Part shown: positions 11,924-25,329 of the stretch, one piece after another | Layout of the letters: each line of letters opens with the position of its first letter | Numbering within the stretch: the stretch's first letter is position 1 | NCBI GenBank assembly: GCA_977862235.1 | Contig: OZ374558.1 | Coordinates: 620,001 to 684,000, forward strand | Length of the DNA: 64,000 bases | DNA from: Dudresnaya verticillata | Taxonomy: Eukaryota | Direction: 5' to 3' | Notes under the pieces: generated by a model | Database searches by the model: none | What the model was told of the DNA's origin: nothing | Seen by the model: only the letters and a program-made list of their open reading frames with translations | Position numbers and translations under genes: made by a program

Positions 11924-12481
11924 CGGCGCCCTCATTAAAGCTGAGAGACCCGCGAAGCCAGCAATGCTGTTTCTATTGGCCCCGTCTTGGGCGAGGTTGA
12001 AATCATATTGGGATATTGGGCCAACGGCGCACATGTAACCGCCACCACGGGCGGTCGTTCTGCAACGGGCCTCAATAGTGACAAATCACTTGGTTCGCCG
12101 TCCCAATCTCGACGGCGCCCGTCTCGTTATTCCGCCGAACGGTGTGTGCTTTCGCGCGGAAAGCCCCAAGCGGCTGCATACTTCAGCAGGGTCACAGCGG
12201 CTTCCGCTACAGTTTCGTGTGCACACCCACCCTTCTCACCACCATCTCCAACCATCTCCGCGCCCTGCGCTTTCCTTCCATCTCCAACCTACCGCCACGC
12301 GGTGCCGTTTTGTCTCGACGAGCCGCGGTGGCTGTGCGCGTGGTCGAGTGCCATCCTCCGGCCGTGATCAACGGCGCCTTCGCCTGACATCCACTACCCT
12401 ACGGCGTCGCCGTTCAAGATCTTCGAGGATAAGTAGTCATTCTGACTCTGTTGGGCGACTTGTGCGCCCTATAGGAGCGGG

Positions 12482-14801
12482 ATGAACAACAGCCATATGG
12501 CTTATGGAGCCGCCAGTTCAAGCAACGGCGTGCTAGGACTCGAGGTCGATGAGATGGGCGTGCCCCTCACTGTCAAGGAGAGCCGCAACTGGCGGGTGCA
12601 CACCGATCTGGCGCACCTGAAAGCGCGAGCTGGCGCTGATCGTACCGACATCCGCCGTCGCGGAGCGCGCCAAGCCCAACGTTGTACTTGGAATACTCAC
12701 GCCCGGGCGCGTCTATCCCTGCTGACGGGTCTAACCCATCGCCTGCCCGCCCTCGTGGGTCCGTGGCAATGGGACTTATCGCACCCGCGCTTTCGGCATG
12801 AAGTGCGCTACACCGCCACATTGTGTGACAAGCTCAACTTTGAGCTGGAGCAGATGCAGAGCGTGTATAACGCTGGGCAGTACGACCTCGGGATGGTTGC
12901 GGACGAGCGCCCACTGATTCGCAGTGGTACGGAAAATTACCCTTACACCATGGTGCGAGTTGTCCGCTGGGACGAGACATCCAACTTCATATTCGCGATG
13001 GATATTCCCCAAAGGGCATGCCGTCAGACTTGGTGCGGTTCGAGCGTCGTAATCGACATCGCACTGGGTGCTACGTCCCGGCACATTGCCAAGAGGTTAC
13101 CTCTATCCGTCCCGAGTTGTACAGGGTGAAGTACCCTCAAGTTACAGGAGATCATGCGGAGCTCGAGGTATCCTACTCCATGCCCGTGGGCACGCCGACC
13201 ATCATAACCTCTCTTGGCTTGAAGATGATGGACACTAATACAGACGATAGCGTATTGTGCCCCATTTTCCGCCACGAATGGATAGTCTTGGTGACTCAAG
13301 TTTTCGTATACGAAGCCCGTCGGGGCTTGTTTTATTTCATCAATGCCCCACTTCGTGCGTCAATCCGCTCCATAGGCTCCGCCGCCTTTACCGCGACTTC
13401 GGCTGATGCCGACGATTTGGACCAACTTCTGGTATTTGTGGAACGGATCCGTTGGAGTGGCGTCTCAAAGCGCAACAGGCACTTGCCTGAGAATACCGGC
13501 CACATCACACCGGTATACGATCGCGGCGACTGTGTCGAGTTTGATGCCGTCAAGTGGCACCCAGTCCTTCCCGACTACGTAATGGCGCCTCTACCCTCCG
13601 AGGGTGAATCGATCCAATTGGATGAAGGAGAACGTCGCACCGGGTACAGCAAAGGTTGGGTGAGCGTTCGTTGGCGCGATGAAGGGCCTAAGCACCCTGA
13701 TGAGGTACCCCTTTCGACGACACTGTCGATGGGGAGCCGCAGGGCCCGTACGCTCCAGTGTTGACACACCATTACCGTGCTGATGCCGAGATCCGTTATC
13801 TATTTGGCCGTCGTGGGTTGGCCATCCGCTTGGCTGCCCATTGGGGAATCTCCTCCCTCAACCTTCGTAGTCTTGCTGACTGGGTTGAGGATGTATTAGC
13901 CGAGTATGAGGCTCACTGGATTGGAACCCCGGGCAACATTGAGCGCCTTCTGGCTCATATGGATAAGATGCCCCCGCTTGGGGGTACCGGGTCTAAGGTG
14001 GAGCCGATGGTCCAGGTTAAGGATGAGACTGGTATCCAGTCTACGAGAGAGCCTGGCTCTAAGGTGCGTCGCGGCGTTGGATATGGTAAGCCGGGTTCTT
14101 CAGCCCAAGGCTCTTCTGGAGCCATTCTGGCATCTGACGCTCGTGAAGCCAATTCGGCTGACGCGTCTAAGATTCCGCGTGAAGAGCCGTCGGCTGGGGT
14201 CTCTAGCGAGGGTTTAACTGCCGGGCCGCCGGCTGCGGCAACTATATCGTCCAAGACCGGCGGTCCGGCTCAGCCATCGGCTTCTCGGGTTGGCGTCCCT
14301 CTGCGCTCAGTGCTTCCAGGCAACGTGCCTACGCCTAGCGAGGCGCGACTCGGGCCTTTGCAGCCGAATCTGGTTGCCACCGGCGAGGCAGTGGAGGTTA
14401 CGTCAGGGCCAAGCCCTACAGTGACGCTGACGCCTATGCCTGCTCAGGCTGAGCTGCCTTCCGACGGAGCCAAGGAGGTTACCACGGAGCCGATAAATGA
14501 GGCGTCGAAGCCTACTGACGACGTGCGCATCAAGACGGAGCTTGTCCTCAAAGAGGAGGAGGAGTTGGAGGTCAACGAGAGCGAAGGTGTTACACCTGAA
14601 GCAACGCCTATGGACGTTGAAATTCCAGCCAGTGAGGCTCGCGGTGCCGCAATGGAGGGCATGTGCCGAGGCCGCGGCCCGCGTCGTGGTCAAGGTCGGC
14701 GAATTGTTCGAGAGGTTCGTCGCATCTTGACGGCACGAGCTCCCGCGGCTCCGAATCCGCCTCTTGACGGCGACGAAGTCATTGACCTTCTCTCGGATTA
14801 G
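12482..14801 (+). pseudogene. Antisense accessory ORF of element A, unknown function (two frameshifts, near 13015 and 13745)
   Basis: ORFs 12482-13129, 13018-13764 and 13758-14801 tile one protein. LVRFERRNRHRTGCYVP, ITSLGLKMM, IFRHEWIVLVTQVFVYEA and VERIRW align to the antisense ORFs of B, C and D. AATAAA at 14881. Confidence 0.75.
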
Positions 14802-15918
14802 CTGAGCCAACTTATTAATGGCTTGAGGCATCGAGCCTAATATGGGTTAGAAGCCTATCCCAGCGGCTTAGCCGCTTATCAATAAACCTTGTCTTGTTTG
14901 CTTAACCAAACGCCTTGGCAGGCTTCGAGCCTTCATGTCCTGTGCCACTTCCCATACTAGGGAGACAGTGGTGTACCTGGCCTGTTCGGGCACCGTGGGA
15001 CAGTCTATTACTGGTTGACCAATACGCCTCCACAGCGTCTGTCGTGGCTTGAGAGCGTGACAGCAATGTCAGCAGTTGCTCTACAGTAAAGAGCGACTCA
15101 CTGTAGCGTGTTTTGGCGCGAAAGCCTTTATGGCTGCCAATTGGCCACACCGCTCCGCCACCTTGCTGTAGCCCCTCCGTGGGCTTTGGTCTCTCGTTTC
15201 AAGCACAAGTTGGGTGCCAGCATGCGCATGGCGCCATGGGTTTTACCCATCGCCACTATCACGAGGTAGAGGTTAGCGGCGTCGGCTTCAAGCCCGCGTG
15301 GCCTCCAAGTTTTCAGCGTCAATACGCTTGGCGCTTATTCCCCCATGTCAATGGGGGTCTCATGCGATTCTCCACGGCTGTCCCAGCAGGGGTGGGAGTC
15401 GTGGTATCAAGACTCATGAGTCTGGGATTGGCGTCTTTTTGGCCTTACGCCCCCACTGGGTTTGGCGCTAGCGCCCTTTTTGGTGGGAGGTAGTTAGCAA
15501 CCCTTCGGGCTCAATGCCCCGTCCAGGTTGCAGCGTCGGCATCGCTTTTGGCAGTCCAGCTGCAGCTGGGCATGCCATCAAGAGCCATCGTGCTGATAAT
15601 TATTGTTGTAGTAAATTAAGCGTTGGCCATCGCCACTGTTCCTTACCCGCACCGAGGGGAGAGTGGCCACCATAGCTTTTGCCTTTCAGGATTGATTCCT
15701 TGGGGTAGCCATGTCCTGGAAACTCTGCCTAACGATAGCCTCTGTGCTCGAGTTTGGCCTTATTTCTTAACCCGGCCTTGAGTAAGGTCGCCAACCTTAT
15801 TAATAGCGATAACTGCTGTACTTTACACCGACACTCTGCTAACGTAGGATCGACTCCTAACTCTCAAGCGCACGCTCGCTTTGGTAGAACCCATCTTACA
15901 GAGGTCACCTCTTGATTA

Positions 15919-16033
15919 CATCTATCCATTTCCATGCATCTATCCAGGATCCAATCCTTCTGACATCTATCCATGTTATACATCTATCCCGAGTCTTGAA
16001 TCTTCGTTCATCTATCCACTTCCACATCTGTCC
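15919..16033. repeat. Array of six CATCT(A/G)TCC motifs (~45-bp unit x3)
   Basis: Copies at 15919, 15937, 15964, 15981, 16009 and 16025. Confidence 0.85.
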
Positions 16034-16328
16034 AGAGTCTTGACTCTTCGGCAGCCATTTATATTGGCTCATCTTCTTGAGAGGCTAACCCCTGCTTCCG
16101 TGTGCTCGGACATGGGCGAATCCCATAGATAGCCCATAGGCTGACTTCCTATTTGCGCGAGGGTGTCGACTTCGGAACCCAGAACCAAGGTTCTTCCTCA
16201 ACTCAAATGAGGTTAACCTGACAGTCGGGAGATGCGGCTCCATACAGCCTAACTACTATTTGGTTGGGCGGGTCTGATTGAGACCACTTGTAGGTCCGGT
16301 GCCTTACTCAGCGCGGTTATTCACCATG

Positions 16329-19300
16329 CTAATTGTCAGGGAAAGGTATCCCTTTTTGGCGGTGGTACCTCGCCACCAAATTGTGAGGGAGATTCCCCTT
16401 TGGCTCCCATGTGTCCTGCGAAGCCGGGCTTTGGAACCACCGCACACGATAGATATGTGTGTCGGGGTCATAGGAAACGATCCTTTCGTACACGTGTTCG
16501 CATGGTAGTGCCTTCTTGCAGCGCGAGAATTTGCGGCTTGACGTACCTTCAACCACTGTCGGTGCGGGCGATGGCGCGTCCACTTCATCGTCCATAGGAG
16601 CATTCTCCTGGGGTTGTGGCACAATGGGCGCCGTATGGGCACCGCTAGGTTGCCCATCCCCAAGTGTGTCAGCCAGTGTCTCGCCTACAGCACTAGGTGC
16701 TTCGGGGCGTGCCGGTTCATTACCGCCTGATGCGGTGTCCATCGGGGGCCCAGAGGCGTTTGTGATGGGCCCGTCCGTTGGCCCAGTTGGGCTACTTGAA
16801 GGTGCTGCACCTGTCTCCGGTGGCAACTCCACTACAGTGGGACTCCTGTCTAGTGCCAGCGGCGCTTCGTGTGGCGATGGAGCCAAAGTGACTCGATCCA
16901 AAGAGATTGTTTCTCTATCGCCCTTGATGTCGAGAACCACCACATGGGTGCCTCTCTCGAGAACCTTATATGGTCCAAGGGATTTCGGGAACAGTTTCCC
17001 TTCTCTCGCCACACCTGAAGCGCCCTTCACTTTGGTTTCCCTTTCGAGGAATACCCATGATCCAGGACTTACCTTTTGGTTGGCCGGTCGAATTCGGTTA
17101 TTGAAGTTGGCTTCATACCGCTTTTGCGCTAGTTGCATCCCAGGTAGAGCCGTATCCATGAGCTTTTCCAGCCGAGCGGTTAGGCGCTTCTTGACGTTCG
17201 TAGCGGGTATCCTGTCAATGTCTACCGTTTCCGCTTGTTCCAATAATAGGGAAGTCGGCGGATTTGACAAAACCGAGTCAAAAGGGACTAACCCTGTAGC
17301 GCGGTGGGCTGTCGTATTGTAAGCGTACGTGAGCGCTGAGGTGAACTCTTCCCAGTCCCTCTGGTCTTCCGCTATGAAGTGGCGAAGGCCCGCTAGGATA
17401 GTGCGGTTGAACCTCTCGGTTTGCCCATTAGTTTGGGGATGGTATGTCGACGTGAACATGTTCCGAATCCGTAGGATATCGCACACAGCGAGAAAGAACT
17501 TAGAGGAAAATTGAGACCCCTTGTCTGAAAGGACGTAACGGGGTGGTCCATAGATAAAGCCCCAATGGTCGCAAAACGCCTTCGCCACTGTATAGGCGGT
17601 TACCGTTTTCATCGGTATTGCTCGCGTCAGCTTTGAGAAGCGGTCCGTCATAACCAGCAGGAACTCGTTTCCTTTCCCAGAGCGGGGTAACGGACCCAGG
17701 ATATCGATTCCTACGAACTGTAGTGGCATGGTTGCCGGGAAGAGTTTCATATGCGAAGCATGTTTCCGCAACTTCACCCGCTCTTGCGCGCATTTGACGC
17801 AATTACGCACTGTGGCGTACACATCCAATGCCATCTCTGGCCAATATACCTGTCTTCGCAGGTTGTGATACATCCGGGTGCCACCTGGGTGTCCCGCCAT
17901 CTCGGGGTAGTGGGCTATGTGTAACGCCCTTTCCTGAAGAGAACGAGGTATGAGAACCTGTATCGCCTTGTCGACATATGACTGTCGGACTAAAAGTCCT
18001 CGTTCGTCCTCGAGATAGCAACCAGGCTTCCCGGCTTCGAGGTTCCGTCGGACCCAGATACAGAATTCATCTGTTTTCTGCTCACGGAGCAATTCTTCTG
18101 TGGTTATGAGGGATAGTCCCTTTTGTCCAGATTCCTTCTCGGCCACTTGGGCGATGAACAGTTCGTCATCCGAATCGGACTCATCGACGGGTTCGATTTC
18201 CCACGCTTCCAACGGTCGCGTGTTGGGCTCCGGTTGCGACCTTTCGCAGGATTCGTCCCTCTGATCAGTCTCGAGGACTAAAGATGGGATCTCCAGGTCC
18301 GGTTCCCACGGCGTGAAGCCATACGTGGGAAACCGAGATGCGGCATCAGCAATCTGATTCTTTTTGCCTCTTCGATACTGGACCGTGAAGTCGTATTCCA
18401 GGAGGCGTAATCTCCAACTGGCCAGTCGCCCAGAAGCATCTGTCATGCTCATCATCCATTTCAGCGCTTGATGGTCTGTATACAGGTCAAAGTGGGACCT
18501 TTCTAGATAGGTTCGGAGCAATTGTGCCGCCCAGACCACTGCTAGGCACTCCTTTTCGCCTACAGAGTAATTCTTCTCTGCCTTCGTCAGTTCTCGGCTC
18601 CAGAAGCCCATCGGGTGTCGAGTCCCGTCTTCTTCGGCTTTGAATTAGTGCGCAGCCAAATTGGTAGTCGCACGCGTCGGTATCCACCGATAGGGCCTTA
18701 CCCTCTTGTGGCAACCTAAGAATAGGAGGCGCTATTAGCGCTTTCTTCAGCAACCCGAACGCCTCGCGTTGACGTTCATTGAACTGCGGGAGTTCAAAGC
18801 CCACTTCCTTCTGCAGGAGGGAATTGAGCGGAGCTGCCACGCGAGCGAAGTTAGGTACGAATCGCCTGTAGACGTTGCACAGACCGATGAAAGACCGCAA
18901 CTGGGTCTGGGCGGTCGGCTCCTTGAAGCCTTCGATGGCTTGCGTGTTCTTAGTCGCCACTTCTAATAAATCCGGACGGATGACGTGCCCTAAGCAGTCG
19001 ACACTCTTTGTGAAGAAGTTACACTTCTTAAGTTTCAAGGAGACCCCGGCTTATTGTAATACAGAGAGAATCTCTCTTACATGCGTGACATGCTCGTCGA
19101 CAGTCGCAGAGAATACGATAATATCGTCCAGGTATACGAGGCATGATTTCCATCTAAATCCTGATAAGAGGATGTCAACCGTTCGCTGAAAGGTTACCGG
19201 AGCGTTGCATAGCCCAAAGGGCATCCTGCAAAATTGGAAGCAGCCCGCGTGGAATGTAATAGCAGTCTTATGCTTATCCTCCGGTGAAACTGGAATCTGA

Positions 19301-20863
19301 GAGTAGCCTGAGTTGCAATCCAAGGTCGTGAAATATTGGGCTTCGCCCACGGAGTCCAGACACTCGTCCATGCGTGGCAGAGGATACGTATCCTTCACTG
19401 TAATCGCGTTAAGCTTTCGATAGTCAACGCAAAAGCGGAGTGACCCATCAGGCTTCTTAACCAAGACGACGGGGCTCGCAAACTCAGAGCTTGCAGGCTC
19501 TATGACGCCTTCTTTGAGCATTTTGTCAACCTCATCCTGTTCTGCTTGACGGGCTTTAGGGCCCGACCGATAAGGTTGCTTAATCACAGGTTTCGAACCT
19601 TCTTGAAGCTCAATACGGTGTTCGGTCACCTTAATGGTGCCGATTTGTCCGTCCCACATACCGGCGAACGGTTTAAGCATTTTGCGTACGCGGCGCCGAT
19701 CCGAAGTGGACAGGTGTTCCAGCGCGAGGTCATCGACCGTAACAGCGGTTGACGCTGATGTCGCGATATTGATTCCCGGCTTAGAGTCTATATCCGTCTT
19801 CAGGGCAGCAGCAAGCCCCGCCCCCTACATCGGAGAATGTTCCGGACGAGGGAAGCGAGTCACTTTCAGGAACAGGATCCTCAATGGAGACAGTGTAGAC
19901 CGGCATCTGCGTGGGCGCCGGTACAGCTTTGCCAAGGCTTTGATTCTTGGAAAGCCGCTGAGGACGCGAAGAAAAGTTCGCGACCTGACGTGAAAGAGTC
20001 GTTTCTCTTGAATATTGACGATGCCATTCGTCAAAACAACTTGGCGACGCTCGTATAAGCGGGGGAGGGATTCCAGGAAATGTGTTCCTTTGGAGGAACA
20101 GGTGACAGGAACCCATGGCTCACTGCCCGGCAGTAAATTAGTAGTTTGTGCGACGCGAATGAGTCGCGAGTTAGGTAATGGGGCGAACCTCCATTGGTTC
20201 GTCAGACCTGCCTTCACGGGGTATACCGAATCGGCGGCATAGAATTGGGTGGATGGATCCGTCGCAAAGAACCATGTTCTGTTGGCGGACGCGTAACCCT
20301 TCCACGTGGGTATCGATAAACGTGCAACCCAAAATGGCATCTACTGCCAATGCCCTTACGACGACAAAAGGTTGCCGAACCGTGTAGGACTCGAGCCTGA
20401 TTATCAGGGAGACGGTTCCCAGTGTAGTTAGTCGGTGACTTGACACGGAGGTCAAGTTCACAATTGACCGCGTTCTAGAAATCCTTTTCTTGTCTTTCGG
20501 TGATAGAACATCCGCGCGGATGAGATTAGGGCCTGCCCCTGTATCCAATACGGAGAGCACACGAGTAAGGTCGTCAACAGAAGTCCCAATGGACGCAGCT
20601 ACTTTATAGTTGTAGCGCGACAAGGAGCAAACGGGATCCTTACAATACTCATGATATTTCCGTCCAGGGGGTAAGCCCACGGGACGCGCTAAGATCTTCT
20701 TAGGAAGAGAAGTGACAGATTCACTGACAACCGTTCGATCCGTTGAGGAGAAGCTTTCGAAGCTGTAGTTTGAGGAGCTGGATTCAACATGCCGATCGGG
20801 GGGTTCCGATGCCACCTGTGATATGTGGTGTATCGAAACCGGTGCCCCCCTCGCTAGTTTTTC
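16329..20863 (-). pseudogene. pol: pol of element A: protease, RT, RNase H, integrase, chromodomain
   Basis: LDTGAGPN (PR); LRFCVDYRKLN, MPFGLCNAP, YLDD (RT); DTDAC, TDHQAL (RH); H-H-C-C, GIDILGP, NGQTERFN, GPY (INT); YRVRWFQSPASQDTWEP (chromodomain). Several frameshifts and stops. Confidence 0.95.
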
Positions 20864-22710
20864 GCATTCGTTGCGGGCGACCGCGGTAGCGGTGGAGGTG
20901 GTGGGAAGGGACGAGATCCTTGGCGTGGTGACCTGGACGTTTGCCTCGGAGCGTCAATGGGGTGGTTCAGTCGAGGTTGAAATTGAACCTGTCGATTTCC
21001 CCCTTGACTTGCACCCAAATTTTGACGGGGCTCCATCCGTTGCCCTATGGGCGGCCCGGCGGCCACTCGCCCGTTAGCGAACTCCGGCAGTCGGCCAACG
21101 GTCGCCAACGACGCTTTTTGCTCGTGTGATAGTCGATGAAACTGTCTTCTTTTTAAAGTCTCAAAAGACTGCTCATCGGTACGAGCCAAATGTGGACAGT
21201 TGGGCTTTTATGGCCAATACCGTAGCATTCGAAGCAGATATCATTGGGTTGGTCTTCAACCACCAGCCACACAGGGCGTTGAGTCCTGGTTGGCTGTGCC
21301 CTGGCTGGGAGCCTATGATTGTAGTTCTGCAGTACCGCGTCAACTTCACCGTGATTCGGTTGGTCATAGTAATACTGTGTCGACCACGAATCTGATTGGA
21401 TCGCTGTTGATGGTGCCGCTTCGTTAGCGATTGAGGCCACGATTTCGTCTTTGCTTTCCGCATCAGAGCCGCTGCTCTTTGAAGTATCCGAATCGGAGGC
21501 GGATGCATCCTTCGCCTGGCGAATTAGGAGCACCCGTCCCGACTTGCGGGTACGAACCTTCTTCAAGGTCTTCCTTGGTGGCGTCCTATTCGCTTTTGGC
21601 GTTCGTCCGCCACCCACTAGCGCCCGATGGGAATCTCCCTGTGCAGTTGCAAGCTCGACGTAATCCGCCAGTCTGGCAGTCCTTGGGTCCAATGACGACG
21701 TGCTTAAAAGCGGCTTCACCGCTGGTAACAACCCAAGAATAAACCTGGTTATCAAATCTTGTTCGGTGTACACCCCAGCGACTCGACGCGCTTTGTTCTG
21801 CAACCTTCTCGAAAAAGTAACCTCGTCCTCATCTGGCTCCTGCGCCATAGTGTCCATCTCAGAGGCAATCCTCTCAATGTAGACGTCCTTGGCATGAGTC
21901 CGAAGGAGGTAATTCACGGCTTCGGGCCATTCGGTGAAACCACCATTGTCGTCACCCGCAGCGTCGAAATTCGCTTCAAACACATCCTTCGCATCCTTCT
22001 CGAGGAACTCGGGAATGACGAGGATAACGGTACCTTCGCTGATATGAGCTTGATCAAGCTGCCTCTTCAGCGTGGCTAAGAAGCCAATAATTGACACCGG
22101 GTCACTTCTATCAAAGCGGCGACTCCTCATAACGGACTTTACGCGTTTGATATTTTTCGTGGTCGTCTCGGTCACCTCGGGCCCGCGGTAATCATCCAGG
22201 TTCAATAATGTGCCTATATCTTCTATAGGACAGTACCTGTATGAAGGCGGGATTCCTAGGAGTCAGCTCCTTCACGCCGGAACGTCGGGGAGCCCTCCAG
22301 GAAGACCATGAAGGTCTAGAATGCGAGCGGGAACCCGGTCCTTCTTCATCCGAGGGACCTGTATTAGGGTAAGTCCCTGACCGGTGATTCTCTTCGTGAA
22401 GATGGCTTGAATGTCGGTCACGATGAGAATCCACTGGGTCGCGGTGCGTAGAAGACCCAATTGGTCTGTTGCACTTGCAACCCGGCTGGCAACGGCCTCC
22501 ATCCCCTTCACCTTGGGACCCACTGTCCGAACCCCTATGGGGTAGCCTCCCACGCCTGTCGCGCGTGCCGCGAGGCACCGGTGAACGTCGTCTCATGACT
22601 TCAGGGATAGTATCCCTTTCGCGGATTACGCGCCGCATCTGCAATTCCAGAAAAGCGACACGACGCTTTTCCTCATTGAGTTCTTTCCTTAGGACCTCGA
22701 TGGCTCTGTC
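20854..22710 (-). pseudogene. gag: gag of element A (5' end missing)
   Basis: KELTPRNPAFIQVLSYRRYR and WPEAVNYLLRT are shared with the gag of B and/or C; CFECYGIGH zinc knuckle; ends GAAAAAC-TAG. Confidence 0.85.
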
Positions 22711-23528
22711 TGTGGTGCAATCCCACTGGGTAGAATCGAGGATGCACCTCAGGCGGTTCGGGGGCCTGGCGGTAGCAGGTGAGGTAGTAGCGGTAGAGCA
22801 GGGGAGTAGCCCCGTAGTGCGACTGTAAAACACTACAAGACCGAGAAAGGGGGGTACCCTAGAAAGAAAGAGAAAAAAAGGAAAAATAAGAGAAAAACAG
22901 GATTCTGTACGATGGAGAAGGGTAGCGTACGTACTGGAGTCCAGCCTAGCGACGGAGTCGATAGGGTAGGAGGGTATGTCTCGCTGGGCCCAAGCTTGGC
23001 TGTTTATTGTATGAGGGCGCACCTCAGGGCCCTAATATACTATGTAAGAGGAGGGTGCGCCCTGGTGGCGGATTAAGGTAGTGGAAGGGGGGCGCGCCAC
23101 TTGGCATTACGTGGCCCGCGCAAGTCTATAATTATCTACTAAAATATCAACTCTCAGCCTATTGGTGGTGTGGCTTGACAGTGTGCGCCAAGGGGGCGCA
23201 CGTGCGCACGTGTACGCGTTGTCGTCTTGCGGGGCCATCCTTGCTGGCAGCGGAAACTGTCAGCGGCGATGGCTTACAGGGGGATTTCCCCAATATCATT
23301 GCTGGCGTATGCGCGTGGTGCCAGAGCTTATTACAGGAATTGGCTCTGAGCTCAAACATACGCGCAGCGGTTGATCCGCAGGAACCGGCCGCTGTGCGTC
23401 CGTCGTCCGCAGTCGCGTGAGCCGCGGGTGGCGGCATTATGAATAATTCTTCAGCTGGGCGCGAAGGCGATTTGAGCCAGATCTCCCCCCCGTTAAGCGG
23501 CGAGTATCCGCACGAGCCCACACTAGCA
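22711..23528 (-). repeat. Probable 3' LTR of element B (right boundary approximate)
   Basis: TGTGGTGCAATCC terminus, a purine-rich U5-like stretch and a TATA-like element near 23035. A purine tract GAAGGATGGG lies on the minus strand just beyond 23528. Confidence 0.5.
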
Positions 23529-23649
23529 GACCCATCCTTCGCAGGTTGGTGCTCCGGTCCCTGTTTCCGGCGCTGTTGCGGTGGTAGCGTGTTTGGTTTT
23601 TGCGGACCCCCGGGTGTCGGCCCCGTTCCGCGGCATACTACGTCGGACA

Positions 23650-25329
23650 ATGCCGCCGAACTTCTCACTGGCGGAGCTAGACCGCGTGCTTTTGCGCGCC
23701 CCGCAGACATCTGCATCGTATCCATCGCCAGCCGAGTTTGAAGGCAAGACGCCTTGGCGCGACCTTATTGAATTCGCGAACGCTCCGTGGATGTTCCACA
23801 ATAATTTCGGGAACCACGCTCTCATCGAGCAGTACGTCTCGGAAGACGGTTTCCTTCCTGGGGAGCTTCCCCTGCGCGTAGTAAGGACGCCCGAATGGCG
23901 GCGGCATGGCGCCATTCGCCCGGATTGGATCCGCCGTCACGGCGGGTAGGACGTACGCAGGGCAAGGTTGCGGTATGTCCGCTTGGTCTTCCAGCGGCTT
24001 TCCCGCACTCCCTGTCGGGTGGTCATACCGCACGGCTACTGGCTTGACCCTGGCGTCTATCGCACCGTTGGGGAAATCCCCTATGCTGATGCCCTTGAGA
24101 ATCTTCCCATCCCGCATGCGTGGGATGGGGTCAAGCCTCGGGTGCGCCAGTCGGCACTGTTACTGGGCGTGCAGCTTCGTGCGGAATTCCGCTTTGTGCG
24201 CAAACGCGAGAATAACGCACTTTGGGAAAAGATTCGTTGGGAGCGTCGCGCTCGCTCCCGTCTGGGCTTCCCGGTGCCCTATCCAAATGTCGAAATCGAC
24301 GAAATTCATCGCACTTATCGTGATCGATGTTATGTGCGACTGCCCGTCCCACAGTGGGGCTTGGTGGAGTGTTGTGAGGGTTTCCCCGTCGAGTTGTCCC
24401 CCGCGGTGAGTTACACCATGTCATCTGTTATCGGCTACCCGCAGTCGGGATTGTGGACCGTGTACTACAAGGAGTTTGTGGCGAAGACGGCTGTGCAGTG
24501 GCTGTGGGAATTTTATTATACGTACCGTATGTGGTACGTATCTCCCACAGTCCTGACGCTCTTTGCGCAGTTGGACTTGAGGATTATCCTAGGCGGAGTT
24601 AACAATGAAGCGGAATTCCGCGTATTGTTGGGGTTTTATGCCCAAGTTGATTGGGACCATGACGATCAGCGGGTCCCGTTGTGCAACAACAAGAGGAGTT
24701 CCTCATCGACCAATTTCTCGCCTGGGCTTCGTCACCCGTCTTGCGGCGATTGGGCTTGGTTCGACCCTTGGACGCGAACTTTCGTCGCTGCGGACCGTGC
24801 CGTTTGGTTGCGTAACCACCCGCGTTCGATGCCGCCGGGCCAGCCGTGAGGCTACCTGGTGGACCCCGAGGCGGGTGCCGTTGCCGAGTCGGATTACGAG
24901 GAAAAATCCTCCGACCCGGGTAGTAATGGGGAACTCCCCGATGATGACACGATGACGATCGATACGCTGGTGGTGGGAGAATGCCCGGTTGCGGCAGTGC
25001 CGGCTACTGATGATCCGAGCGGGACGGCGGAAGCGACGGTCGACACGGGTGAGGCAAATGGCGGCGGCGCTGTGATTGCGAGCGTGCCGACCGTTCGGCC
25101 TCCAGCCATTCACCCGTCGTCGCCTGACCCTGAGGGCCAGCCTCGCGCACGTCGCGTGCGACTGAGCTTCAGTCAGCGTATTGCCGTGATCGGCTTTCTG
25201 CGTCGGACGGGAATTCCCGAGAGTGCCATCCGCGGCAACGACGAGGAGCTCCTCGAGGCGGCCGTGGATAAGGGTTATGACCCGGACGTCGAGGAGGAAG
25301 CGGGCCCAGGCGGGCCTGCTGATGTCTAG
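23650..25329 (+). pseudogene. Antisense accessory ORF of element B, unknown function (one frame, two premature stops)
   Basis: ORFs 23581-23949, 23968-24849 and 24859-25329 are in the same frame (stops at 23947 TAG and 24847 TGA). Strong similarity to the C copy: SPAEFEGKTP/SPVDFFGKNP, LLGVQLRAEFRF/LLGVRLKADFRY, CEGFPVEL/CEGFAVEL, SCGDWAWFDPWT/ACGDWIHYNPWT. Confidence 0.85.

Larger units (their letters stand above)
10634..22710 (-). mobile_element. Gypsy chromovirus-type LTR retrotransposon A (5'-truncated by element B)
   Basis: gag-PR-RT-RH-INT-chromodomain on the minus strand, an antisense ORF at 12482-14801, and an LTR-like segment starting TGTAGTGGAATGA at 10634. Confidence 0.85.

Noticed and set aside
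15919..16033. CATCTATCC array as CRISPR or telomeric repeat
   Set aside because: The motif is only 9 nt with irregular 7-19-nt spacers and sits inside a retrotransposon.
16516..17322. Long ORFs directly opposite gag/pol coding sequence (also 38963-39565)
   Set aside because: Antisense shadows of GC-rich coding sequence, not conserved between elements, unlike the true antisense genes.
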